Shown here piece after piece: positions 1 to 14,023 of a stretch of 64,000 bases of DNA. A program made the position numbers and the translations under genes. The stretch is from Asterias rubens (Eukaryota). The notes beneath the pieces were generated by a model, which made no database searches, had not been told where the DNA came from, and was given only the letters and a program-made list of their open reading frames with translations. The DNA lies in contig NC_047080.1 in the NCBI RefSeq assembly GCF_902459465.1, positions 1,302,001 through 1,366,000 on the forward strand, written 5' to 3'. Positions within the stretch are counted from its first letter, which is position 1, and every line of letters begins with the position of its first letter.

Positions 1-3000
1 AAACAGAATGTGATATGCATTGAGGTGTTACAGAGTGCCCTTGATCTAAAAACCCTAGATGAACACTGCCAACAGAGGGCGATATACAACATCGGAGCGG
101 CACACGCTGGGAAAAAGGATTATGAATCCGCGAAAGACTACTACAAGCAGGGTCTGTCTATTGCGCTGAAACTGAAGAACCAAAGCTATGAGGCTGAAAT
201 CTACTGTAGACTGTCTGAAGTGTATCTCCAAGATGGTAACCTGGACCAAGGAATTGTCTACTATGAGAAACTACTCTCAATCTGCAAAGACTTAGAGTTG
301 ATAGAAAATAAAGAGGCGGAGTTTCCTGAGTATCTTGATGAAAATCTGCAACGCCTAGTTCATGAGACTCTTAGTACCGCATACAATGCAGTTAGTGATT
401 TTCCACATGCTTTGAAGCATGCTAGAGAGAACTTAAAGGTACTTGCTGCTGATGGAACTGACGGAATTAGCAGCAGTGAACTTCTCGGGAAGGCTCACTT
501 CACTGTGGCCTCTTTATACGAAGCCACAGGAGATTTTGAACTATCTCTTGAGAACTTTAAATCTTACCTTGCAATCACAAAAACGTCAAAAGATCGAGGA
601 GGTATGGGGAGATCTTACGGATGCTTGGGAAGGGTCTACCATAAGTTATGTAACTATGTTCTTGCCCAGAGTCTCTATGAGCAACAACTGTTCATAGCAG
701 AGAAATTGTCTTACCACACCATGCAGGCCACAGCTCTAAGAAGCCTTGCTAGGATTCATGAAGATTTGGGAGACTCGGACAAAGCTTTGGAGTACCTTCA
801 ACGCTTTCTACAGATCAGCCGCAAACTTGACGAATTTGAGACCGAAATCGAAGCTTTTATTTGTATGGGTGAAGTTCATCAGGGGCAAGGAAGGCCTCAA
901 CATGCACAACATTACTTTGAACAAGCTTTAAGTCTTGCAGAACGAGCCAAGGAGATCGACCTTGCTTACAGTAGTAGAGGTAAACTTGCCCAAGTATTAC
1001 TCATGTCGAGAGAAGAGAAGGATCTTGAGAAAGCTCGATTTTTAGCTGAGGAAACTGTTGCTTACTGCAGTCGAGGTCTTGAAGACAGTAAGCAAAGAAA
1101 GGAGGATCTTACATGTCTTCTTCAACAGAGTAACAGCATTGTCCAAGTTGCTCTGAAGAAACTCAAAAGACCCTTTGAGGCTCTGGAATATGCAGAGACT
1201 CAAATGAGATGTGAGTTTCTTAAGACGGTAGCGAAGAACATTGCCAGCGTTGGTGACAGTAGTGATGCCTTGGATCATTCATTGAACAGTAGTGCAACAG
1301 TTGAGGACATGTGTAAAACTGTCAACAGACAATCGGCAGTGGTTGTTTATCTGTCTCTTTGTCGTTCCTGCGTTCTCAGCTGGGTCTTAAGACCTGAAGA
1401 AGGCTGTCTAACAAGCAAAGATCAGACGATGGTAGACAATTGTCCCCAGTATGTCCAAGAACTCTTGTCTTTAGTTAGAGCTTCCTCTAACAAAGACGGA
1501 GAGTCATATGAGACCGAATACCGAGCTCTGCCCCTACAGGACTCTAAGATTCACCAATTGAAGACTTTAAATCTTGCCAAGTCTAAAAGAAAAACCATCA
1601 AGGGTATGTCTTCATCCCCTAACAGTGAAGAAGAAAAACAAAACTCACTTAAAATGTCTCCCTCAAGAAAGTTGTATGAACTTTTGTTTTCTTCAGTTGA
1701 GAGTCTACTTAAAGGGGTGAGCTCTGTTGTGATTGTCGCAGACAAAGTCTTAAGTCAAGTTCCTTTTGATGCCTTGGAAGATGAAGAAGGGGGTACATTT
1801 GGTGACAAGTTCCACCTTACCATTCTCCCTTGTATTGAAGCTCTCAAAAATGTTAAAAGCATGGAGAGAAAAGTTGATACGCAAGTGCAAACGCAAAGTA
1901 GCTCATCTCATTTGCAATCATCACCGACGCATCCCATATACTTGGATCACATGCTTAGAGTTGTCATTCCGCCCAAAGAGCGCCCCCATTCAATCATCGC
2001 AGAACGCAATCTTTATGCCCCCAAAATGTCCCAAAATAGTGCCAAACCAAGCTATGTCAGTTTCGACAGCAACTCTTACTATATTTCTAAGAGCCCAAAG
2101 AATGAAGTTGCTCTGATGGAGAAGCGATTTCTTGAGGATAGAGAGGGAACCAGTAGCACTCTTATTTCTAACACCTGGAGTGGCCATAATCTAAACTCGG
2201 CAAACCATGGGAAGATTCAAGAGTACCAGCTTCAGAGTGTACAGCAAAGAGCTCTAGTCGTCGGAAATCCTGAACTGCCTGCAAAGTTGAAACTCCATGG
2301 GAAGGTGGGTACTTCCATTTAAGTTTTTACTTTGAAATACTTGTTTTTTTGTTTTTTTTATAGATTGTCAATGAATAATTTTAGCACCTTGTGCTTGTCA
2401 GATTTATAAAAGTGTTTTTTTTTCTTCCACATTTTAAAGGATTGAGTACTTTTTGTAACACAAAACATGATACACCGTTTGAAGATAATGATAGTAGAAA
2501 GCGTACCTTTAAGTATTAGATGCTGGGGTGTTTTAGTTTTTGAGAAGTGGGTAAAACAATGTCATGAAAACACGTTTTTACATGCTAAAATAATGTTCGT
2601 CTCATGATCAGTGAGACAAAAATTATTTTCATGACATTGTTTTACTCATTTCTCAAAAACTACAGCACATCAGCAAGTAAGAATTTCAGGGAAGCTTTCT
2701 ACTATCATTATCTTCAAACTGTGTAAGTTTAGTGTAAATATGTGGATATTGTGTTTTTTGTCCATCAAAGTATCACCTTCTCTACAAATTTATTCATTTA
2801 TATGTGTCGAGAAATTGTTGAAAATTCCTTTGTTACAGTATTCAATTAGACAACAATATACCAAGATGATTTGAACAAAAGATGGCACGACAATGAAGTA
2901 TTCTTTGATTCAATCATTTTTTCCAGGTTTGGGAACCACTTTCTGAGTTGAAGAGTGCACAAGCAGAGGCTCACAAGGTTGCCCACCAGTTAGACACAGA

Positions 3001-6000
3001 GGTCATGGTGGGTTCAAAGGTCACCAAGGAGTCGCTACTGTCTGAGCTTCCCAAAGCAACATTGGTGCATCTTGGTAAGATATTTCAATCTACTATTTAT
3101 TCATAGGAAGTTATGAATCATTTACCAATTCATACTCGTGTTCAAATTTCTAGAAAATGTTATTTGAATCATTTTCTTTCATCTGATCTGACCCAGTTCA
3201 CTAGGTTCGCAAAGTGAAATGCGCTTTGGTGAAAAATATTACAAGATAATATATTTTGTTATGTGTCTATTTTCCCACTTTTACTGAACCCCACAGCAAT
3301 GTATGGTTCCTGGGAACAAGGTAGCCTAGCCTGTACACCAAACCCAACCACTCAACCTCTTCCTGATGGTTCATATAACCAGAGTGCATACATGATTGGA
3401 GTAGATGACATCCTTGGTTTGAAACTCCAGGCTAAGATGGTTGTGATGAGCTGTTGCTATGGAAACCGCCACCGAGATGTCCAATTTCAACTTCCTCTAG
3501 CGTTCCTTGTTGCAGGTACTTTTTTTTATACGAATGTTGCTTATAAAGCAATTCTAAAAGGATTTATGTGTCTACTGTTATAGATATTTACTGTTCATAC
3601 CAAAATCCCTTGCCAAAATATAGTCTTCATTGCTTAACTTGCCTTGGGACAACTTTTTTTCTTTAGGTGCGGAGTCAGTTTTATTTCTCCTGTGGTCGGT
3701 ACCGGACGTAGTTAAGGATAAGTTCTGGCATCATTTTTACGCTGCTCTTCAAGAAGGCAGCCATGTGACGGAGGCGGTTGCACAGGCCAAGAGGAGCATC
3801 AGACAAGATGACAGGTTAGAAGAAGAAGAAATAATTTTATGCAAATATTGAAAGCAAACAAACTGATTTATGTTAAGTTTCAAATGAAGAATGGTTGAGT
3901 GCAGAAGATTAGAACTTCACAGTTTTTACTGTTGGTTTGGTAAAGAGAGATGAGAACATTTTAGGTAAAAAAATCTGTTCATTGTTCATTTCAGAAAGAT
4001 GAACGGGTTTTTGTGAAGATGGTTGCCTCATAACTACAGCCATTGCAAACTAAAACACACTTTGTTAATAATGCTTTTCACATTTAAGTCAAAGGTTGAC
4101 TAACACAAAACTTGGGAGCTCAATGCCTTGGTGCCCCTAGAATTTCTCCAGAAATCCCTCGTAGAGTTGCCCATTCAAAAGGAAAACCTTTTGTCTGTAT
4201 ACATGAAATAAAAATGTATCATGCTAGGGCTTCTTTTGATTTTATTTGGTTTTGTTTCCCCAGGTTCACATCCCCACGATACTGGGCAGCCTTTTGTATC
4301 CTTGGAGGTGATCCATACATCAATCTCCTTGAAGTCAAACGTGACATGCTAGATCAACTTCTTAACTCAACCGAGTCATCTTATCTCAACAGCCAAAAGA
4401 CTGATGTGCTCAACATAAGAAAAGAATCAAGTCAAGGTAAGGGAATTATTTGTATCGTCGTCATTTTTGGTTTGCAAGTTCGCCCCAAACAAAACTAAAA
4501 GCCACGCTTGGTATGGGGCTAAAAGAAGAACAGGTATTTAATAATAATAATAATAACCCGTTTTTATATAGCGCTTTTCACACCCGGAGGGCTTCCCAAA
4601 GCGCTTCACATTATTACCCCTGGTCACTGGGCCTTAAATCACTCCTTAAACCCATCTCAGCTCCCTGGTGGGGAGTATACAGCCTTGTGCAACATTAATA
4701 TGCGCTACTCGGCTAAATCAATCACAAAAACCATCTCTGCCCTCACAGGTACCCATTTACCCCTGGGTGGAGAGAAGCAATTATAGTTAAGTGTCTTGCT
4801 CAGGGACACATTTAATGTGAAAAGAACTCGGGGGAGCTGAAGTTAGGAAATGATATTCCCCTCAAAACAGAATAACGCTGTTTGAATGGCTCATTGTTCT
4901 ATCTCAGCAAAACAAGAGTGTATGAAAGTCTGCTTTCAGAATGTGTACACTCTTTCTGAATTCATCTCTCATCCCTCCAGATTTTCAAGATTTTCTTGAC
5001 AATTTCTTTTTGATGTCTCGCCCTCTTTGAACCTTCAAAAACCTTTCTACTACTTACTTCTCTCAACTTACTCCTCAGTTACACATCCTCCCTCCCATAA
5101 GCAGTTGTTAACCTAATATCATTCCATTACCTTATTTTATTTTCCCCTAAATATTTGAATATTTCCACGCCCAAAATTTTATTCAGATGTTCATTCTCTT
5201 TCTCCTGAAGTTGGTGATGCAGCGTTTCTCTTTGAAAAGATCAGACAGCACTTGTCTGGTCTCCTGTTACATCACTCCAAGCATCCGGATGTCATCTCCC
5301 AACTGGGCAAGCTGGTGAGACCATAATATATTTACTTTATTTCTGAGTTTTTTTTTTTTTCAACATTCAAAATGATGATTAGGCTGGTAGATTTCATATA
5401 ATATTAACATGTAGATGTTATAAAACTGTAGGGGATGACCTTAGCTTTAGATTCAACCGGACTTTCGTCAGAGGCAAAAACAAGTACATAAACGTTTAAC
5501 ATGTCCTTTTATAGCAAAAAGAGGAGCAAAGAAATAAGGGAAGGTTTCCAGAAAAAAAATACCGACAAAAATATAGCCATCAATCAAAGTTATTAGTTTA
5601 CAAACTAGGGGGTGGCTGAGAACCGATAAGAGTTAAGTAGTGAGGACAAAGGATGTTATAGATGGTATTAACAATTTGAGTTTTCTTTTTTTTCTGCAGG
5701 TAAACCATTGCCTGAACCTAATAGAACCACAGAATGAGCGACAACCATCACCGTCTGTACAGCCTCTCCCAGAGTCTTTCATGACATCACCATCAGCCAT
5801 TCCACTCCTTAATCAGATCGGGTTTCACTTTCAGCCTGGTAGCTCTAGTACTCTGAATCCTCAGGTTGTCTACCCACAATGGGACCCTGATGCATCGATT
5901 CAACCAGTTCAACAGGCTCTCATGGGATTAAAAGGTGAATATTTCTTATTAACGAGAAAATATAATCTGCTGTAATAATAATAATACTAATAATATTAAG

Positions 6001-8940
6001 ACTTGTAATGCGCACATATCCACCCTGCTGGGTGTTCAAGGCGCAGTAAAACCAAAAACAAAACAAAAACAAAACACAACACAAAGAAAAACAGACACAA
6101 TCTGCTACACAAAAGATCTCCTATAGAATAAAAATAGTTAAATGCCTAATGTTTTAACCCTTGCAAAGTCTTTCTCGACACGCATAAGCAGGTAAACTAG
6201 TGGAACAGAAGCAGTCAAGTGGGAAGAAATGAAAAGAGAGAGGCAGAAAGAAGGGATGCTTTCTGTTTCTCTGTCTTTTCATTTCTTGCCTCTTGTCATT
6301 TTAGTCTTTGAGAATGTGTCAGCTTGGGTGGAATTGTCAGTTACTCGACTATTGCGAACAGGTTTCTGAGTTAATTTTGGTTTTCTTTTCTTTATTTCAT
6401 TCAACCTGCCAAGCAGCCCCCAAGAGCTACAAGATCCAAATTATATCCCCCTAGCAATAAATAATTGTTATCTTAAAGCATTCATCAACAGACTCTCAAG
6501 TACCGAACTTCATTTGGGATTGCTCTTTTTCAACACTGTTTGTCATCACAAAGGATTAATGAGAAATAATTTGTTTTGTATTTCGTCAGATATTTGTGAG
6601 AATGGAGAGTGTGCCCACAACCTTGCCAGAGTCTTAGAAGCAAAAGAGCCTCTCCTCTCTGGCCTCATTGACGTGGTAAGAAAAAGGCAGTTTTCTTAAA
6701 CCTTTTACCTCTTTCAATTGCCTTAAAATTTCCCTTGTCTTCCTGTTTTGCTTCTTTCAATGACATTCTCTGTCAATCTTTTTATAGACATCTTTAAGTA
6801 TTTTGTTTTTTGTACTTTGTCAAGGTTGCGAGCCATAGATTAGGTTTCCTATTAGATTAATTTTTCATTTCACATTTCGTTCCCACAGATAAGTTTCACC
6901 AAGCACATGCCAGAAGTTCAGCTGAAGGTCAGTGATACAGGGGTCAGCCACTTGTGGGGTCATCATCAAGCGAGGGCACTGTTGGTCAGCCTTGGTTTTT
7001 CTCAGGTCAACCAGCTTCTGATGTTTGACGGCACAACTGCTAATAAGTAAGTCACAATGAATAATATGTGCATGGTTGTTGAGGGTTTACTATAACCAGA
7101 TGATGCAGAAGTGTTCCTCTGTTATTTTCATCTTCATCATCTGGCATAGACTTGTACCCTTCATCCTCAAATTGTAATGGGGCTCATTCCTGCATGGAGT
7201 CACCGCCGCTATTCTCTATTCTCACACACACTTCTACCACTCCACATTGTCTATCTATGCAGCTTAAGGTTGTCTCTGCAGTGACTTGTAAACATAGGCA
7301 GATCATCTTTAACTGCGTGGCGTAGACCGACCCCTCTGTTAATAACTTATTTTCAATCTCTTTCAGGACTCTTTTAAATGCTGCTCTTCTGGTTCTCTGT
7401 TCCGTCATGGGTGAAAAGGGACGAGCCATGCTACACCGTCTTGACATCCGTTACCTTGGCATCAGCACCAAATCACCCATCACCCGCTCAGCTCATAAGA
7501 CCCCAATCAAGTCTGCAATGAGGTCAGCAAGTACGATTCGAACTCTGACCCCAAACATGTTGAGGTCACGTACTCCTACAGCTGTGAGGCTGCGGACGGC
7601 ACCTGTCATCAATGCTGATCCAAGTCCAATGAAATCACTACCGTCATTAAATCCAGTCCAAGTTTCCAAGGAAAAGGTGAATTTTAAAAGCTTATCTCAA
7701 TCCAACCTCACCCAACCCCTACTTTAACATTGCCAGTTAAACCTAAGAGATGGCCATACTCCTTACACCTCTATGAGACTCTGAAGGATTACAATTCAAG
7801 ATGCTAAATCACCATCAGTACAAACGCCTATTTTTGTGTAATAGTATATAAATAATTTTATAATTCAAATGATTTGCCTTTTCTAGCTGAAATTTTCAAC
7901 CCCATGGTGGAGCCAATCTGTGAAGTCACCAGAGATGAAGGACAAGATGAGACTAGCAAGAAGGTATGCAAGAAGACTTTAAAATGAATATTCAATTGTT
8001 ATATACGCATATATAAGCTTCTTACAGTTCATAATATGGTAATGAGTTGTGATATTAGGCCATGTTGTATCTGTACATGTATTTTCTTTGAAATTTTGTT
8101 TGTTTTATTTGATGGTTTGTCATGACCGAGTGGTCTACTGCATCAGACTCGAGTTCTGAAGGTTGAATCAAGTCTCTGGCATGGCACTTTTGTCCTTGAG
8201 CATGGCACAATCCATAATTGCTTCTCTTAACCTAGGTGTATAAGTTGGAACCTGAGAGAGGGATGAGACAGTATTGTATTGGATTAACCTCATAGCACTA
8301 ATTTAAGTAGCTTGGGGTTGTATGCTCCCAAAGGGATGATGTTTGCCTAATGAACAGGGATAATAATACCGTAAAGGTTCTTGGGTATATAAAGTATGCC
8401 TTTGGCTATAACCAATGGGAGACTTTGGAACGCTAGGTGGCAGCAGACTTACCAGGTAATTTCCATTGTGTACGTAGTTCTGAGCAAGCGCACATTACCG
8501 AGAACAATGAATTTTACCTGGTAAGTCTGCTGCCACCAAGCGCCCCAAAAGTCTCCCATTGAGAACCAATTATTATCAGTGTTAAACTTTTTGTCAACAG
8601 CTTAAGTGATCTTCATTTGGAATATGGCCGCCACGTCAAACACGCTCGTCACTGGCACGTTGACTCAGTCACACCACAAGCTCAGAAATCCTTATCAGCT
8701 ATTGGTCGACCCAAGCCCCACCCACAGGTCGTCAAGGTCAAGGCTGGTACTACGCCATCATGCAATCGGGAACCAGTGAACCAGGCTGTGGAGTTGAGCA
8801 TGGAGGCCGTTGATCAGAGGAGAGATTATGGACATTTCTTGTTGCATGCTCGGAATTCCGATATACAGAAACGTCATGTGGATGCTGTGCAGAAACTCTT
8901 CCAGCCTTATGTCAGTAGAAAATCAGCCCATACTAAATAA
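1..8940 (+). CDS. TTC28-like TPR + CHAT (caspase-family fold) protein, 3' portion; 5' end probably lies before the window
   Basis: The frame is open from position 1 and contains TPR repeats (e.g. GRSYGCLGRVYHKL, ATALRSLARIHEDLGD). Hand-joined GT-AG exons with consistent phases: 1-2304, 2927-3074, 3297-3515, 3667-3814, 4264-4436, 5187-5314, 5700-5934, 6590-6675, 6889-7046, 7367-7676, 7887-7963, 8601-8940. CHAT motifs: ALVVGNP, LVHLAMYGSW, VVMSCCYG, LAFLVAGAESVLFLLWSVPD, FTSPRYWAAFCILG. The C-terminal ALLVSLGF segment resembles the TTC28 C-terminal/PUB-like region. Confidence 0.85.
4540..4810 (-). mobile_element. SINE copy with a conserved central domain and an LINE(L2)-like (TTA)n tail
   Basis: The minus strand reads gtgtccctgagcaagacacttaac...ctctccacccaggggtaaatgggtacc...aaaagcgctatataaaaacgggttattattatt. 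Degenerate relatives occur at ~8130-8250 and ~23260-23390. Confidence 0.65.
8413..8561. mobile_element. Palindromic MITE (~149 bp)
   Basis: The arms caatgggagacttt...gctaggtggcagcagacttaccaggtaa and ttacctggtaagtctgctgccaccaagcg...aaagtctcccattg are reverse complements. Confidence 0.75.
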
Positions 8941-9934
8941 CTGAATCAAATATTTTCATTACTCTATTTAGGCAAGGTGCTGTTCTCGAGTGTTTAAATT
9001 CTCAGTGGTCCAGAGACCCTATCGGAGGAAGGGCTTAATATTGAATTATTTAAAACCCTACCAAAAGGGAAGTTTTATCAAAGTATATTATCTTATTTTA
9101 CTATTTGCTTTGATATCATGAAATGCAACAGTAAACAATTCTCCAATTCAAAACGACCAAAATAATTTGCGTATATAATATATTGTTTGTGTATTTAATT
9201 CAATGATTATGCACTTTTGAAAACCAAGCTCTGTCGAGGACTTTTGTCACTTAGCATTTTAAATTGATTGAAAATATGTTGGTAACTTTTTTGTATTCTT
9301 CCAATTTACACTGATCATGTATACAAATTTATCAGCTTTTCTAGTATGTGTGCACAAAACTTTATTTTTGTATATACACATTGATATTTATTTAGTTGTA
9401 AAATCATTGGAATATGCAATTAATAATTTTGAAGCCAATTTTATTTGTTAATATTAGATCATATACTTTAAAAAATTTAATAAATACGTTCAATATAGTC
9501 ATTAAAAAAATGGAGGAATTTATATGAGTCCACACTTATGAATGTCAAAAGAATTAGTGTATTTATTGAACCTTTCTTTCTCTCTTTTCACAAACCCCCC
9601 AAAAAACAATTTTCTCCCTTATTTGAAAAGTAGCAAAATTGTTCTACACAAACATTCTGATTCTACACAAACTTTGAGGAAATTTTTGTTGTGACTACAT
9701 GTATATAGCTGGCCAAAACTGCCCCAAGTGGAGGGACAATCGGTAAATTTGTATACTGAACTGAGCAGATAGCCCAAAGTAGAACAAGAATTTTAAATTT
9801 TCGCAATCTTGATAGATGAGTGGCAGCAGCACAGATACTTTGTTCATGGAAATATTTCTAGAGATAACACCATCTGCTCTTTCCAGAATCCTTAAGATAT
9901 ATTTTCAATCTGATGATAAAGTTTTTGTGCCTCT

Positions 9935-11618
9935 TTACTGCATCTCCATTATCTCTTTCCGCTTAGCCTTTCCTCTTAAAATGGCCGTCTTGAAGAGCTT
10001 ACAATAAAGCTCGACAGCAGCGGGGGTATCATCATTCCCAGGTACAGGATATGATATCAGATTAGGGTTACAGTTAGAGTCCACAATCCCAACCGTTGGG
10101 ATGTTCATTTTAGCAGCATCAGTGACCGCTAAATGCTCAGTGAAGGTGTTTGTTAGTGTATGAAGGAAGACCAGAAGGTCAGGGAGTCGTGTACCCGGAC
10201 CGTATTGGATCGGTGCATTAGTGAAACAACCTCCCTGCCAATGACGTGTGTGTGCATACTCCCCACACTCCTTAGCTGTGTTCTCAGTGAGAAATGAAAA
10301 CTGTGGTGTGCGATTGATGAATAGGATGACGCCATCACGGTAAGCGATATGGGCTGTGAAGTTCAACGCTTCTTGAAGAAGGTCCACTGTTTGGTCAAGA
10401 TCTAAGATGCACTGGTTCTGTCTAATGCCAAAGATGTACTTCTTCATGTGTGGGTTGATTAGGCCGTCTTTATGGCCGATGTGTACCCTGGAGTCAAACA
10501 GCTCTTGAAGTTTGACAAGATCCTTCACCTTAAAGAAATCTGGGTCCTTTAACGGGTTGGTGACATCACTTGAAGGTTTAGCTCCTTCGACATCTGTGAA
10601 CAAAATAATTATACGCAGCCATCAAGGGAACATTCATACAGCACGAGTGTCATTTATGATAAATACTTTTTTAAACGCCATGTTTTGTTATTTTTATATA
10701 AAGAATCAGATTTACCAGAAAAGTTTTGGATTCCAGGTACAGTTTACCTACTACTTTCAGATCTTAAAAAGACATTTGCCAATTAAATTTTAAACCATTG
10801 ACAAATTATATGAAAATTACACTTTATAATGTAAGTGAAGTTTAGTTTGTTAATAATTAATAGAAGTTAAGTTCATAAAAAACTGGACGTACATTTTTCG
10901 GCTGTTTCTACTTTCAAATCAAGTGACGATAACTTCTGTGTTGAAAAACTCTTCGCAATTGAATAAACTGATCTACTGTAACATGAAACACCACCTGCAC
11001 AACAGGACAAAGAAAGAAATCAAGATTAGTAACATTATGATTATATATACATGCCTCTGAAGAAGGTCCGGTTTGGATCGAAAGCTAAGGCCATCTAGCC
11101 TACAAATTATTAAATATTATTAATAATAATATTTTAATATTATAATTAATAAAACATGAAACATGATTTGTTCGAATGTTCATGACCAATTCAAAATCAA
11201 ATTAGAAGTAAACTGACAAAATCCATTTGACCAACTCAACCATACCACAGTCTATAGAGCAATATTAAGATTCAACTGACTCATGTTGAAAACAAACCAT
11301 ACCAATTATTGACCAAGCCAAATATGCCAAAGCAAATCCAAAAGGCAAGCCCAGCATCATGCGCGCCCAGACACTAGACCGTTAGAGACACACACAGAGA
11401 CACAGGCAATGTTACAACTTACAATTAATTACAATTACATCATGATTTTAAGCGAATATTATGCTATTCAAAAGATCACATTCATGTACAAAAACTGTTA
11501 TGAAAGTAGTGATATGATGTTGGATAACCCATTCACGGTTAAAATCTAACAAATACATACTTTTTACACGAAAACCTTGCATCAAAATTTGCCGTACATG
11601 CCGAACGGAGGCCGCCAT
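9935..11618 (-). CDS. MRPS2: Mitochondrial ribosomal protein S2 (uS2m)
   Basis: Exons 11618-11561 (ccaacATGGCGGCC start, gtatgt donor; alternative donor at 11576), 10994-10893 and 10593-9935. uS2 motifs: [54 protein letters not shown]. Confidence 0.93.
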
Positions 11619-13903
11619 GTTGGAAATAATTTCGTCACATGAGGGCGCTAAAATAAAAACTTTTTGATGTAACTTTATTTTTCCTGATGTCATCATCAGC
11701 GTAGGGCTTAAAAAGGTATAAAGAATTAAACTTGAATTAAATTTCCTATTCCAAAGTTGGTCTTCTCCTCAAGTATTTATTGTTTTTTGTTGTGTGATAA
11801 TTTATTGGTTTTATAATTAAACTTTGTTAATTTTGATGTGCCCTCTCTAGTTTGCTTTGCCACAGTTTAGCCAGGCGCGCCATTTATGAGGGAGTTTTGA
11901 AGTTTGACGGAGAGGGTATTTCCCTGAAACTAGTCACCTTGCAATAATGAATCTCCTATATGACTGAAAACATCATCTAGATAGTGCTTCAACTTCTTTC
12001 GTGTTGTTCATTAAGGGTAGGTTTTGATCACCTGACTCTTCATTCACAGGGGAAGCTGTAAGTGTTAGTTACATTCTAGAGATTAGTGTTGTGTTCGTGT
12101 GGAGTCTGTGTTTCTCGTTTCTGTGTTGTGTACTTTGATTGAACACAACGTCATGTTTGCTATTGTAAACAAGGTATGTACTCGTGACTGTTGAAACTTG
12201 CGGAAGTTCAATCAGCTCATGGAAACCTTGTTTTATGACTATGAGGCTGATTTAATATGAAACGATGTGTCTACAAGAGAGAGATTGACAGATGGACTTT
12301 ATTAGGTCCCTTAAATTTACTTTACTTAGTTTTTTTTTTGTTATCAATTACATGTAATTTAATATATTAAACCCGAAAAGTACTAACTACTAAGTAGACT
12401 ATTGACTAAAAATAGTGTAAGTACTAAACTAGAATAATTATTGGAAAGGAATGGGAAAATACTAATTGATGTGCTGGGTCTGCACAATAATAATGTCAAA
12501 TGGTGATGGTCAATGCATCAGTAAATACGAAAGTTATTAGGAGAGTATACATACCTCATACATATTTATGACCAAGATCCAGCAAGAAAGTCATATTTGT
12601 TTCCTTGCTGTCTTTTTGTTTTGTTTTCTCACCTGTGAATCAGTTAAATTTATGTGTATTTGTCGTGAAAATTTTCCCCTCTCAACAAGATTGACACAAA
12701 TAATTGTTGAACATTCTGTCAAAAAAAAAATTACTTTTATTGGCCCACATTTGACTAAACAAAGCTGGACTAACTCCATATGATATTTTTTATTATGACC
12801 TAGATCTATTTTTATTATGGCCAAAAGTAAAACAAACAAAAAAATTTTTCAATTAAACGACATCAGAAAAGACCACTACATCATTTTATGCCCTAAAATC
12901 GAACCTCGTAAATTAGTCAAAATTTAATAAAATTACCTTATGATTTTTTCAATTTTCGGCATATCTTTCAACTTAAAAAGAAAATTGCAATATCTTCCAA
13001 AATAATGCTTAGATCTTTGTCCGGCCTAGTTCGATAAAAATGCACAAGAAACGCCTAATGTATTAGAGCCTAAACTTGCACCTAAAAAATTTGCAGAAAT
13101 TTGGGTAAAACTGATGGACTGTTTTATGGTTTTCTTCAAATTTATACAAATTTTTCAAATTACAAAAAAATTGCACTAACACAAAATACTGGTTTTATCT
13201 AGGCCCAAGTTTAATGAAAAGGCATCGAAAAAGCCTACTTCATCATTTTAGAGGATTAAAGTGAACCTTAAATAATGAGCCGAATTTGATCAAAATGCTG
13301 GACTTACCCATTTACATTTTTTCTTTTCAAGTTTCGCCCTACTTTTCAAGTAAAAAAAAACCTCTCTAATTACTGCTTATATCTTGGCTTCTGTTCCATA
13401 AAATTGCTTCAGAAAAGCCCACTGCATCATAAGAGCTGGTAAGTGCTGGACTTACCCCCCCCCCCCTTATATGATTCTTTCAAATTTCGGCCAATAAAAG
13501 GATGCCGTTCGTACTACGTCACGCGCATGCACCCTTTTACTCCCCGCGGCCATTTTAGTTCTAAGCGCGGGTATGGTGTGTTCAAAGACGACTGCTCCAC
13601 GTGTGTGTGGTGAAAAGGCTGATTTTTTGCAACGTTTTACACCGAAACGCGACATCAAATTTCAGCAACTTCCACGATGGTATCGGCACGGATGTTCGTA
13701 GGATCTTCCAAATCAGGTAAATAATTCATGTGTCGATCTAAAAGGGGAAATTTGAGGGGTTTTCTGAGACGTCAGTGGAAATAGTGTCATGTAAATGTGG
13801 TGCACTGCTGCATGCTGTTGCTTCAGCCAATATAACAGTCAAGACAAATCGAGGAACCATAGATTGTGTTAACAGGTTTATAACACCACTGAATTCTTTT
13901 TTT

Positions 13904-14023
13904 GGAAAAGTTTCCGTATGGCACCACCACTTTTTCATTCCCCATCTAATTAACCTCAATAACACAATGTTATCGCTTTTTGTAAAAATGAGTGAAAGTG
14001 GTGGCCCATACGGAAAGTTATCC
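13904..14023. mobile_element. Short palindromic MITE
   Basis: The terminal inverted repeat is ttccgtatggc(a/g)ccaccacttt ... aaagtggtgg(cg)ccatacggaa. A second copy lies at 55664-55815 and a diverged relative at ~58212-58371. Confidence 0.75.
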
